A stretch of 60,670 bases of DNA from a bacterium. GTDB taxonomy: Bacteria; CLD3. Numbering within the stretch: the stretch's first letter is position 1; each line of letters begins with the position of its first letter. The DNA lies in contig JADZEA010000103.1 of NCBI GenBank assembly GCA_020850775.1, forward strand, positions 1 to 60,670, in the 5' to 3' direction. Both the position numbers and the translations under genes were made by a program. Shown piece by piece: positions 36,201 through 46,500 of the stretch. Below the pieces are notes generated by a model. It searched no databases, was not told the origin of the DNA, and was given only the letters and a program-made list of their open reading frames with translations.

Positions 36201-36346
36201 ATCTGAACTTGGTTGTTCGTTACGTCAGGAAAAGCGTCAATCGGAATTTTTTGATAAGAATTCAAGCCCCAACCAATGAAAAAAATCAGAGCTAAAATTA
36301 TCAGAAGCCTTTGACGAACCGAAAATTCTATGATTTTATTTAGCAT
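33278..36346 (-). CDS. Heavy-metal-efflux (HME) RND inner-membrane pump, CzcA/CusA family
   Basis: 1,022 aa, 12-TM RND layout. TM4 motif GIGMMVDGGIVVIENI is typical of HME-RND. Confidence 0.9.
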   Translation of the reverse strand: MLNKIIEFSVRQRLLIILALIFFIGWGLNSYQKIPIDAFPDVTNNQVQILTTINGFSPLEVEKLITYPIEVEMSSIPGLVENRSISQFGLSAITLVFEDGIDIYWARQQILEKLIVVRDEIPKGAEVEMGPVSTGLGEIYQYTLESESLSPMELREIQDWVIAPVLRSVKGVIEVNSFGGFVKQFHILLSPTSMQTFDVTLEEVWKAVETNNSNAGGNYIERNFEQYVVRGIGLIEKIADIENIVVKTENGIPIKISDVAQVKTEPQVRYGAVTKDGKGETVAGIIMMLKGESGKSVVLDVKKAIENLKSSLPKDLKIVPFYDRTELVAEAISTVSNAMLIGAILVILVLILFLGSLGSSLIVSLILPISVLLSFIVMKMIGLSSNLMSLGGLAIGIGMMVDGGIVVIENINRLIQENKENANKKHFLQVVVRGAEEVGRPSFFAVLVVVTVFIPLFTLEGLEGKMFTPLAITISVALLIALILSLTMLPAFATFLKEKNAKEKSNPILSFATSIYEPILSFGLRQKALTLGISVVVFILSALLFSRLGTEFVPVLEEGSIAVQAFRLPSISTKGSVEICNLIEKRIKEIPEVTTVVSKTGRAEVATDPMLPSISDIYVMMKPLKEWREGYTKKMIVNEMREKLEEIPGVLYSFSQPIALRVDELISGVKSQLAVKIFGESSEVMNGIAEEIIKELQTLEGAQDVKVEQTTGFGYLQIKINRESLGRYGLSVKDIQEYISIGIGGETVSTLYEGEKKFDIVVCLEENHRNTLEAISNILVSTPQGYKLPLSTFAEIYTEEGPSQVSRENGKRKVTVELNVDGVDIGTFVEKAQEKLKKLNLPTGYFLEWGGQFENQQRANNRMMVILPITFVLIFVLLFITFGSVKSSVLVLMNLPFSLVGGVLGVWIWDIYLSVPTSVGFIAVIGTAVQNGIVMVSFINEHREKGHSGLDAIKISSMLRLRPILMTSLTTILGLIPLLMSSGIGSEIQQPLAIVVVGGLITSTFSTLVLLPSLYSWFERAK

Positions 36347-36358
36347 TTTTCAATCTCC

Positions 36359-37564
36359 TTAATGGTTGTGTCCGCCAATGTTTTCGCTTGCAAGCCTTGA
36401 TTTTAAGTAAAAACTGCCTTCAACAACAACCTTTTCATTTTCTTCCAAACCTGAGACAATTTCGGTGTAGTTTTCAAATTTTCTTCCTACAAAAACTTCT
36501 CTCCTTTCAAAAGTGTTGTGTTCTTCTTCAACAAAGATGAAGTATTCTTTTCCATCAAAATGAATTGCTTTGTCTTGAACTGCAAGAGTCGATTTCTCAT
36601 TGGAAAATATTTCTACCTCAACAAATGAATTTATCAAAAAATGCTCTGGGCTTTCAATTTCTGCAATTAACGGAATTGTTCTGTCTCTTTCAGAAAGTGT
36701 TTTACCGATTCGCAAAATTTTTCCGCTAAAAATTGAGTTTTGTGTAGAAAGCTTCACTTCCACTTTGTTTCCTGCTTTTACTTTCGGAAAATCCTTTTCA
36801 AAGAGTGAAATTTCAACCCAAATTTTTGAGAAATCTGTAATTTCAAAAACCGTAACGTCTTCCGAAATGTTTTGCCCAAGTTTAATTTCTGAAAAAGAAA
36901 TTTCTCCTGAGATTGGAGCACGGATTTTGAACAAAACTTTCGTGTGCATTTCCGATTCAAAAATTTCGTCTAAATCATCGTCTGTAAAACCGATTGTGTG
37001 AATTATAAGGTCAGCTCCTTTTAAATTTGCCAAAGCAATTTCAAACTCTGCTTTACTTTGCAAAAAATCTTTTTCAGAGCCAATTTGAGATTTTCGCAAA
37101 TTTTCCAATCTTTCGAAACTTGCTTTTGCAACTGCAAACTCACTTTTTGCTGTAATGTAATCTGAAATTGATTTAATAATTTCGGTGCTTTCTATTTCAA
37201 AAAGAACTTCGCCTTTTTGCACAGAATCGCCCAATTTAGAATGGATTTTAGCGATTCGCCCTGAAATTAAGGAACCGACTTTTGCAAAATTATTTGGTTT
37301 GGTTACAATTTTTCCTTTTGCAGAAATCATTTCACCAATGTTTTTTCGGATTGCAGGTTTTGCTGTGATCCCAAGTTCCTGAACAATTTTGTCAGTAAAT
37401 TTTAAATCTTCTTCGTGTTCACCGTTTCCTTCGTGGTCTTTGTGTTCTTCTGTTTTTTGTTCGTGTCCTTCTTGAGATTCATGGTCATTTTCAGAAAAAG
37501 CGAATCCGATTAAGCCTAAAAAAATGATTAGGCAAAGAAATTTTATTTTCATTTTTATCCTCAT
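36359..37564 (-). CDS. RND periplasmic adaptor (membrane fusion protein, CzcB/CusB-like) with a His-rich N-terminal segment
   Basis: His/Glu-rich ENDHESQEGHEQKTEEHKDHEGNGEHEED after the signal sequence. Lipoyl-like hairpin (GRIAKIHSKLGDSVQKGEVLFEIES) and beta-barrel/MP domains. Confidence 0.8.
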   Translation of the reverse strand: MRIKMKIKFLCLIIFLGLIGFAFSENDHESQEGHEQKTEEHKDHEGNGEHEEDLKFTDKIVQELGITAKPAIRKNIGEMISAKGKIVTKPNNFAKVGSLISGRIAKIHSKLGDSVQKGEVLFEIESTEIIKSISDYITAKSEFAVAKASFERLENLRKSQIGSEKDFLQSKAEFEIALANLKGADLIIHTIGFTDDDLDEIFESEMHTKVLFKIRAPISGEISFSEIKLGQNISEDVTVFEITDFSKIWVEISLFEKDFPKVKAGNKVEVKLSTQNSIFSGKILRIGKTLSERDRTIPLIAEIESPEHFLINSFVEVEIFSNEKSTLAVQDKAIHFDGKEYFIFVEEEHNTFERREVFVGRKFENYTEIVSGLEENEKVVVEGSFYLKSRLASENIGGHNH

Positions 37565-38790
37565 TAATATTGTTGGAAGCCGGTTAAAGTTAGAAAGTCT
37601 GCTTTTGCAATTTGAAAGTTGAATTGTGAAATCAAGTATTCTTTTTGAACTTCAATCAAAAGTTGCTGTGAGTCGAAAAAGTCCAAAAAACCGATTTCAC
37701 CTTCTTTGTAGTTTTTCTCCGAAATTTCAAATGCTTCTTTTGCTTCTATTAAAATTTCATTTTTAAAAAGTTCAATTTGGTTTTGTGCTTTTTGGAGATT
37801 CAATTCAATTTCTAAAAACTTATTTTTTAAAGAAAAATCAACGAAAGATTCATTAAGCTTTGCTTGCCTTAGTTTCGCATTCGCTTTTTGAATATTTCCT
37901 CTGTAGTTCATTATCCAGATTGGGACAGAAATTCCCAGTTCAATTCCCCAAGATTTTTCAAGATTTTTCGGTTTGTCTTGAAAATACGAAAAAGAAAAAT
38001 TGGGTAAGATTTCACTGTAAACCAGTCTTTGGTTAGTTTTTGCAAATTCTTTTTGATTTTTGGTTAATTGTAAAATCGGGTTAGCCAAAAATCCATTCGT
38101 CATTTTTGGAAGAGAATTGTTTCCAACGGAAAGTGAATCTAAAAGAGTTAAAGAATTAACTTTTTCTGCATCAAAGCCCAAAAGATTTAAGAATTTGTTA
38201 GCAATAAAAACAGAATCATTTTGGATAGTTTCAAGTTCATTTTTTGCAATGGACTTTTTGACGTTTGCTTTCAAAACAGACAGTTTATCCGTTTCACCGA
38301 ATTTATTTTGCTTTTTAACATTTTCGTAAAATTGTTTTGTTTGCTCAAAATTTGCTTTTGCCAACTTAATCATTTCTTTGGCAAGAACGACCTCAAAATA
38401 TGTTTTCATTACTTCATTTTTGAGTTCATTTTCTTCTGCCCTAACTTCAATTTCTGTTTGTATAATTTCAGAATTTAATGCTTTAGCCTTGAAAAAATAA
38501 TTGGTTGGAAATTCAATTTCCTGAGTTACTGCAATCCTCTTTTTTTCATAGCCACTTAGAGCTTTATCTTTCGGAATATCTTCAAACTCCCAACTTATTT
38601 CAGGATTTGGAAGTGATATCTCAGACCAAAATTCACCTTTCTTGATGTTGATATTTTCTCGATGAGAAAGAATATTTTTGTTCTCCCTTAAAGCAATTTG
38701 AAACGCTTCTTTTAAGCTTAAGTTGGTAAAGTCTTGAGCAAAAAGAGTTGTACAAACAACTGTAAAGGATAAAATCAAAATGAAAATCAT
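37564..38790 (-). CDS. TolC-family outer-membrane efflux protein (CzcC-like)
   Basis: Signal sequence, two internal repeats of long helical segments with OEP-type patterning. First gene of the CBA operon; its stop overlaps the adaptor start. Confidence 0.8.
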   Translation of the reverse strand: MIFILILSFTVVCTTLFAQDFTNLSLKEAFQIALRENKNILSHRENINIKKGEFWSEISLPNPEISWEFEDIPKDKALSGYEKKRIAVTQEIEFPTNYFFKAKALNSEIIQTEIEVRAEENELKNEVMKTYFEVVLAKEMIKLAKANFEQTKQFYENVKKQNKFGETDKLSVLKANVKKSIAKNELETIQNDSVFIANKFLNLLGFDAEKVNSLTLLDSLSVGNNSLPKMTNGFLANPILQLTKNQKEFAKTNQRLVYSEILPNFSFSYFQDKPKNLEKSWGIELGISVPIWIMNYRGNIQKANAKLRQAKLNESFVDFSLKNKFLEIELNLQKAQNQIELFKNEILIEAKEAFEISEKNYKEGEIGFLDFFDSQQLLIEVQKEYLISQFNFQIAKADFLTLTGFQQY

Positions 38791-38883
38791 TTAATTATTC
38801 CTTTTTAGTTTTCTGGTGAACACTAAATTCACCTTTACAAAATTTGTTTACTTAGAAAATGAGATTTTAGAAGGAATTGAAAA

Positions 38884-39264
38884 TCAACTCAGATAAGAGG
38901 AGTAAAGAATGAAAAAAGGAACTTTGTGTAAGGGTGCCTTAATTTCATTTTGGAAATGATTAAGAGTAATTTTCTTTAAAAATCTAACTTTGTTAAAGCT
39001 ATTTGTAAGACTTTTAACAAAGTTATGAGTCTTTTCTCGTTTTAACTCTTTTGTAGAAATAACGACAAATTGATGCATTGATTTGTGGTTTAATTCACAA
39101 ATTTTTGCAGAACATTGGTGATTGTGAGAATCTGCTTCAAGACTTATTTGGGAAAAACATTCAAACAAGTTTTCACAATCGGACTCACAAAAAAAATTAC
39201 TTTCAATCGAAATGAAGGAAAATATAAAAAGCGAGATAAATATTTTTCGAGCTAAAAGATTCAT
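38884..39264 (-). CDS. Small secreted Cys/His-containing protein of unknown function, upstream of the HME-RND operon
   Basis: 126 aa. Signal-like MNLLARKIFISLFIFSFISI, then FFCESDCENLFECF...DSHNHQCSAKICELNHKSMH. Ends on TGA. No family recognised. Confidence 0.45.
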   Translation of the reverse strand: MNLLARKIFISLFIFSFISIESNFFCESDCENLFECFSQISLEADSHNHQCSAKICELNHKSMHQFVVISTKELKREKTHNFVKSLTNSFNKVRFLKKITLNHFQNEIKAPLHKVPFFILYSSYLS

Positions 39265-39565
39265 TTTATTCTTTACTTAAAAATTTAATCTAAAAAACTT
39301 AAAAAGTGATGTAAAGGTATTATTTTCAAATGTTTCATTAAGCAAATAACACGAAAAAAACATCTCTTTTCTTTTTAAGTGAAAAAGATACATCTTTAAT
39401 TTTGAAAACACAAGAAATTTATTCTAACTTTACAGGAAAAACCCTTACGAAATACTCAGGCTTGCCCGATAAAAGACTTTTTGGAAGAAAAAAGGTTTTC
39501 TTAGAAGTCTCGGCAAAACTTTATACTTCCAAAAAGTTCAACCCTCTTTTAAAATCTTTTTTTTA

Positions 39566-39903
39566 CTACTTCAGCAGAACCATTTTTTTCGCTTCCGAAA
39601 AGCCGTTTTTTGTCTCTAACCGGTAAAAATAAATTCCCGATGAAACTTGTTTCCCACTGAAATCCGTGCCGTTCCAGTTTGATGTGTGTGAACCTTCGTT
39701 TTGGTTTTCGCTGACCAAAGCCCTGACAAGCTCTCCTTTTGTGTTGTAAACTTCAAGTCTTACATTGTTTGTTTTTGCAAGCGTGTAGGAAATCGTTGTC
39801 GTTGGATTGAAAGGATTCGGAAAGTTTTGCTTAAGATTGTATCGAAGTGTTGCTTGTGAATTTTCTTCTGCAAAATAAACTGAAAAATTTAAGGTAAAAA
39901 CAA
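39566..39903 (-). pseudogene. Decapitated remnant of a T9SS-secreted protein gene (only the C-terminal sorting domain remains)
   Basis: The minus-strand frame has no start codon: ...AEENSQATLRYNLKQNFPNPFNPTTTISYTLAKTNNVRLEVYNTKGELVRALVSENQNEGSHTSNWNGTDFSGKQVSSGIYFYRLETKNGFSEAKKMVLLK* (TAG at 39566-39568). The frame runs straight into the IS fragment. Confidence 0.7.
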
Positions 39904-39905
39904 CA

Positions 39906-40263
39906 ATGCTGTCTAAACCAAAAATAAAAAATCAAACGAATTTATATTTTTCTCTGAGAGATACTCTTAACAAAAAACACCCTTTGTTCATTTTAGCCGA
40001 AAAAATTGACTGGGACAGGTTTGAAAAAGCATTTTCTCAACTTTATTGTCAAAATAATGGACGTCCTGCCAAACCAATTCGTTTAATGGTTGGACTTTTG
40101 ATTCTGAAACATCTGCGAAATATTTCCGATGAAAGTGTGGTTGAACAATGGTCAGAAAATAATTACTATCAATATTTTCGGTGAATGGTTTCATTTTTCC
40201 ACAGTTTTCTCAAAATCACTTGCTTGTTTTTTTGTTCCTGCCGTTAACACTTTTCCCTTTTAG
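39906..40263 (+). mobile_element. IS5/IS1182-type transposase gene remnant (N-terminal DUF772-like part only, frameshifted and truncated)
   Basis: MLSKPKIKNQTNLYFSLRDTLNKKHPLFILAEKIDWDRFEKAFSQLYCQNNGRPAKPIRLMVGLLILKHLRNISDESVVEQWSENNYYQYF matches the conserved N-terminus of IS5-family transposases. TGA at 40182. A +1 shift continues GEWFHFSTVFSKSLACF... to TAG at 40261. No DDE domain follows. Confidence 0.7.
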
Positions 40264-40488
40264 TTTTCAACTTTACTGTTTTTTTGTGCTTTGAAACATC
40301 TTAAACACCGAACTTACGGCAACCGACAAACTTTTCTGCTAAAAAAATCGTGTCAGGTATTGATTTTGCGTATTAATTCTTCAAGGTCGTAAACCCGGTC
40401 GTATTCTTTTTTAGCCCTATTTTTTTTTAAGACCCCTGCTTTTCTAAAAACTTCCCTGCAAATTTACTTCCCTTTTTCCTGTTTCTAA

Positions 40489-40523
40489 ACAAAAAAAGCC
40501 AAATCAAAAACTTGACCTGGCTT
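40489..40523 (-). terminator. Rho-independent terminator after the giant T9SS gene
   Basis: Minus strand: aagccag-(loop)-tggctt followed by TTTTTTTG. Confidence 0.55.
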
Positions 40524-40549
40524 TAATTTTTTCTAAGCTAAAAAGCGAT

Positions 40550-43500
40550 TTATTTTAGTAAAACCATCTTCTGCGTCTTAACAAAACTGCCTGCTTCAAG
40601 CCTCGCAAAATAAATTCCGCTCGCTACACTTCTGCCTTTCGCATCCGTGCCGTTCCATTCAAAAACATGGTAAGCGGCTTCTAAATTTCCATTAACCAAA
40701 CTCTTTACAACCTGACCTAACGCATTGTAAATCGTCAGCTTAACAAAAGCCCTTGCAGGAATTCCAAACTTAATTTTTGTGTTTGGATTAAATGGATTTG
40801 GGTAGTTTTGCTCCAAACTGAAAGCCTTTGGAATTTCGTTTTCTCCATTTTCTATCGCATCGGTAACATCCGCAATTAAGTTTACAACGTAGTTTGGTGT
40901 TGCCGTTGTGTTGTTTGCGATTTCCAAAGTGCTTGTTAAATTTCCTATTGACATTGGAAAAACTGTCAGTTCAACCAACACTGAATCACCAACTCCAACC
41001 GTTAACGGGAAAGTCGGCTGATTTGTAAATTGTGCGTTTAATGGGTTTGTCGTTCCAAAAGTCATCCCCGAAATTGACAAAATCCCCGTTCCCGTGTTTT
41101 TGACTACTAAGTTCGCTGCAGAAGGTTGTGTTACCAAAATTACTCCAAAATTCACCTCGTTTGCAACAATGTTTGGTGTTCCCGTAGCAATTCCCGGCGT
41201 TGCCACAACAAGATTTCCGGGGTGCGATTCAAGGTTCGTTCCGTTCACGTCGTAAACTACTGTCGCTGCGTAAGAGTACTGGTTCGGATTCGTTACGCTA
41301 AAATCATCGTAATTTTGTGTCGTTCCTGTAAAAATTACTGAACCGTTTGTTACTACTTCTTCAGAATTTAAAGCAGCACCGTTTAGCTTGTAAAGTTTGT
41401 AGGAAACAATGTTCCAGCTTGGATTTAAATTGATTTCGTTTCCACCCTTTGAAAGTTTTTTTCCAAAAATTTCTGCTTTTGGTGAATTTACAACCGGAGC
41501 AACTACAGCCAAAGGTTCAACAAAGCAACGAATCATCGGAATTATTTGTCCATAAATTGGAGCAAGCGTTTCAATCGGTGCCCAGTTTCCACCTGTCCCC
41601 TGAATAAAATGAGTGTTCACGTTAAAAACGTAAGGCGGATTTAAGCTCGTGTCTCCTCCAAGTGAAATCGGGTCACTTCCAATCTGTTCAACTCCAATTC
41701 CAAAAGCACCACTTCCAATTGCAAATCCAATTCCCGTAACCGGGTTCACAAAATCAAAGTTTACAAAACTTCCTGAAGTTGTTTGTGTGAAAGGTCCAAG
41801 TTCCGTAAGTAAAGCTCCGGGAACGTTTGTTACTGTGTCCCAACCGTAAATTTTTACTTTGTAAGTTGAAGCAGGCAAAGCACCGTTATCAATAAAAACC
41901 TTAGCAGAGTTTAATTGTGCATTCCCTGAAATTTGCGTTTGAGTTGCGATGTCAAACTTACTTATAAAAATTGCTGGTCCCGGACTGTTTATTCCTGGTG
42001 GAGAGTTTGGTAAAATTGACTGAAATTCACTCGTTCCGTCATCGTACTTGATTTCAATTCCGTTTTCGCCAGGCTGTCCCCAAGCCAAAGGAATGTGGTT
42101 TGGAACAAGCGATTCCGCGTTCAAAGTTCCTGGTGGAATTAGCCTGATTTCAAAACTGTAAGGAGTTCCTGTTCCGTTTGTCGGGTTGTACGGAAAGTAA
42201 GCCGTGTTTTCGCCCGTGTCTGAGTCCGTTGCACTGATAAAATACTCAATCACTACGTCAAAAGCGTTTGGTGCAGGAATTTGAGCGTAAAACGAGTCGT
42301 TAGCCGCTGCGGTCATCGGAACGTTGTTCCAGGTTGTGTTGCTTGCAAGTTTCCAGAAAAGCTCAACGCTGTCCGCCTGAACTCCTGAAAGTGTGTCTGT
42401 AACTTTTGCCCAAACCGGGAAATTTTGGTTGTGAATGTCTGTGTCGTTTTGGTTGGTAAGGTTTACTACGCTTGGTGGAAAGTTGTCTTCAGAAGTAAAC
42501 CAGACTGCAAGTTGGTCTTGTAAAAAAACATCGTCGTTAATCACTTGCAAGCCATCAGTTGCGGCAAGATTTTCAATCCCGACTGAACAGAAAGTTGCAT
42601 CATTTTCATCAATGTCCAAGTACTGAAACTCAATCGTTCCGTCCTGCCACAAAATAATTTCCATCGTCATCGGAACGCTTCCACCGAAAGCTGGAACCTG
42701 ATTCCATTGAATAATTACACGCGGAAGGTTTGGGTCAGCGTAGTACCAAACTTGCCCACCTGAACCAGGATTCAAATCGTCCCAAAAAATTGAAATCATT
42801 CCGTTAGGTTGCTGAGCGTTTGGAAAAGCTAATCCACCGGGTCCACCAAGTGAACTGCTTCCTGCATCAAAATTTACGTAACCGTTTGAACCGATAAACA
42901 TCGTCGTGAAAGTATCGTTGTAAAGCGGAAAAGCCCAGGGCAACGTAACTTGTGAGAAAGAATCATCAGTTAAATTTTGGTTCTGTGAAGCGGGATTCGT
43001 TGAAACGTCAACAAAACTGAAAGAAACCGCTCCGTTTAAACTGCTGACCCACGTGTGTCCGTAAAGGTCAGGTCCGCCGGAAGCTGCAACGACGTTTGTT
43101 TGTGAACTTGCTGAAAGTGCGCTTTCGTTTCCTTCAACGTCCAAAGCCGTAACAAAGTAAAAATTCGCTCCGTTTGCAGGGTTGCCGTCTGTGTAAGTTT
43201 GGTTTGAAGAAGAAAGTGTCGTTAACAAAACCGGCGTTCCGAAAGCACTCGCTCCTCTGTAAACTTTGATTGAAGCAAGGTCGTTCAAAGGTGTTCCGTC
43301 TGCGTTTGTTGTTGGGTTCACCCAGGTAAGGTCAACTCCGTTACCTGTGTTTAATGTTGAAGTTAATCCAGTTGGTGAAGCCGGAGCTAAAACATCGTTT
43401 GGAGTTGCTGAAGCAATGTTTGAAGGTAAACTTTCAACAATTTGTCCGCTAACATTATCCACAAAAATTGAAGTTACAACGTAAAAATACTCTGTTCCGT

Positions 43501-46500
43501 TAGCCAAAACAGGGTCGTTATCCAGGTAACTGATAATTAATGGGCTTGTAGTTTGATTAATCTGGTAAGTTGCTGTTGGCGGAATCAGGTTTGAAGCAAG
43601 TGTTGAACGGTAAATTTTGTAAGAATTAAGACCGAGAGTTGCGATTTGGTTCGTGTTGTTTTTTCCGTTTGGAAGTGCTTTTTTCAGAAAATCATTTAAA
43701 CTAATCGGTTTAACGTTGATTTTTTGAGCATTTTTTACGACGTAAGAAGCGATGTTTTTACCTTTTTCAAGTTTATCGGCTTTTGGTGAGTTGCTAATTT
43801 TTTCAGCAATTCCGTTAAATCTTGCAAAAGCGCTTGTTTCCTTCGTCAAAATTTTAATCTGAGGAATAAAAGCAAGGTTCAGGCTTTCAAAACTTTGCCA
43901 GTTGTCCGTATTTTTTCCTGAAACAAAAAACGTGTTTGCAGGGATTTCACTTTGAACTTCGCTTGCAAGCGAAACAAGGTTTTCATCTTCCTGAGTTAAC
44001 ACTACAAAAAACTTTCCGTTTGAAAGCCTCACAGCCTCCTTTAGTGAAAATTTAATAGTTTCATTTTTTCCACTTGTAACTCCTTTGCCTAAAATTCCAA
44101 GCAGTTTTCCTGGTTTTTCTCCTGCACCAAAACCGTAAAGGCTGACCGTGTAGTTAGTTTTTACTCCTTCAAGAAAAGTGATTTCAACTGTTTCAAGACC
44201 TTTATTTTGTGCAAGGAAAAATTTTGTTGCAACGTTTCCGCTGGCATTGTTAAAACCAAAAGGAACGTTTCCGTTTGAAGTGTAAGCAAAAATATTTTGG
44301 TTTTGCTTGAACTGTGGAGCAACTACATTTGGAATTTGCCAGGTTAGCGGAACTGCTAAATCCACGTTGGAAGTTGCGACAAGGTTGTCTGGTGGAAGTG
44401 TTAAGCTAATTACAAAGGAGTGAACGTTTGTTGGAGCGTTTGTCGGGTGAGTCGTAACGTCTGAACTGTCGTCAATTGCAACAAGGTAGTACTCAACGTA
44501 AGTTCCGTTAGTTTGAGCCGGAATTTGAGCTGTGTAATTAATTCCTGTTGTGTTTGTCATCGGAACTTGTGTGTAAGTTCCCGTTGAATTAATTCTCCAG
44601 AACAAATCGGCTGAAATTACTGTTCCTGAATCAAAAATTTGTGCTGTTACGGTGTAAGGATTTGTAACGTTTGTTGTGTTTCCGAGCGGTGTGTGAGTGA
44701 TAAAAGGCGGAGCGTCAGCAGTGATTACAACAGACAAATTGCTTTGCAAAAACGGAGAGTTGTAAGCCACCTGAAGTCCGTCGGTTGCAGTTGAGTCTTC
44801 AATTCCAATCGTAGCTTCGGTGAGCGAAGTTGAGGTTAGTGTCTGGTAGTTGTAATCAATTTTGCCGTTAGGGTAAAGAATCATTTGGAAAGTGTTCAGG
44901 TTGGTTTGTTCGGCAAGTCTTGGAACGTTGTTCCACTGAATCACGAAACGGTTGTTGGCTGCGTCGTTGTAGTAGTAAATTTCGCCCGTTCCCTGGTTAA
45001 CAATTAAGTCGTCCCAAAATGCAAAAATACAATTTTCAGGGTCTCCGACAGTTGGAATTGGTTGATTCCAGTAAGGAGTGGCAACTGCCCCAAAAGTGAT
45101 GTAGCCGTTAGTAGAAACCTGGCAACTTGTGTAAGAATTTGTGTAAAAAGGAAAAGACCAGGGAAGGTTCAGAGCATCCTGATTGTCGTCTCCGTAAACA
45201 CCAAGTGCAGTTCCAAGCGTTGCAATGTTAAAAAATGTTGCCGGAATCGTTCCGCCGGTGCTGCTGAACCAAACGTGTCCGAAAGCATCCGGTCCGCCGG
45301 AATTTGCAACGACGTTACACTGCGAGGAAGTAGCGTAAGCTCCGACGTTTCCCGATAAATCAACGGCAGCGACTGTGTAGTAGTTTGCACCGTTCAGCGG
45401 AGAGTTGTCGGTGAAAGTTTGGTTTGGAGCAGTTACGTTTCCAAGCAAAGTAAAATTTAAATTATCCGCACTTCTTAAAACATTGATTGAAGCAAGGTCG
45501 GTTAAAACTGTTCCGTCTGCGTTTAAAGTTGGGTTAACCCAAGTGATGTCAATTGTTCCGTTAGTATTCAAATTGCAGGCAACGTTTGAAGCAGTTCCTG
45601 GTGGAGTGATGTCTCCGCTGAGAGTGTTTACAGTAGAAAAATCACTTACAGTCGGGTCGCCGGCAGAAGTTGCGGTAACAGTTGCAACGTCTGTAAAACC
45701 AATCGGTGTGCCGGCAGGAACAGAAACTTGCACGTTAAAAACAAGGTTTGCACCTGCACTGATGTTTCCCGTGTTGGTAATCTGGTTTCCGTTGAGCCAA
45801 AAAGTAGTCGGGAAAGTGTTACCCGAAACTGACAGGTTGTAAGAATCACTTAAAGCTCCGTAGTTGTAAGCAGTCAGGTTGTAATTTACGTTACTTGTTG
45901 GAAGTGCGTTACCGTTAAGTGTTTGCGGAGCAAGTAAAACCACATAATTTTGTGGCGGTCCGGCAGTGTAGTGAATTGTACCGTTCCAAATTCTTGGTTG
46001 AAACGTACCGGCAAAAGGATAAGCTACTCCGTAACCTTCCTTGATTTGCAAGTTTGTGTCAGACACGTAAACATTGCCGACAGCGGTTCCGTTTGTGTAG
46101 TTCATCATCGTACCTTGAGCGGTACTCGTGATGTAAAACCCGTAAGTCTGACCTGGCTGCAAAGCCAGATTCAAGTTTACAGGAAGCGGTGTCGGAGCGT
46201 TTGCAGCAGTTGCTGTTGCTGTCGTGGTTGCAATTAAAGTCCACGCTGCCAGTGTTGTGTCAAACCCGACAATCGTTCCGGTTTTGTAATAAATTTCGAT
46301 GGTCTGTGTGCCGATTGCAAGATTACAGTCAAAACCTGTAATTACAACCTGGTTAAGCGTGGTAACATCAAACATATTTCCGGATTGACCGTTCCCACCA
46401 ACGTAAGTAGTTGTCAAATCCAAGACTTGAGCACCAACGTTAATGCTAAAAACTGCTGTAAAAAGAAGTGCTGAAATTCCTTTTACTTTCAAATAGTTTT

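Noticed and set aside
39402-39626. A 74-aa plus-strand ORF.
   Set aside because: It has low-complexity Phe/Lys/Ser-rich content and no motif. Its 3' end runs antisense across the clearly recognisable T9SS sorting-domain remnant, so it is most likely a chance ORF in AT-rich DNA.
45405-45842. Long antisense ORFs inside real genes, e.g. 145 aa here, 133 aa at 36600..37001, 112 aa at 26149..26487 and 108 aa at 46567..46893.
   Set aside because: Each lies fully within a longer opposite-strand gene that has strong family motifs. These are shadow ORFs typical of biased codon usage.
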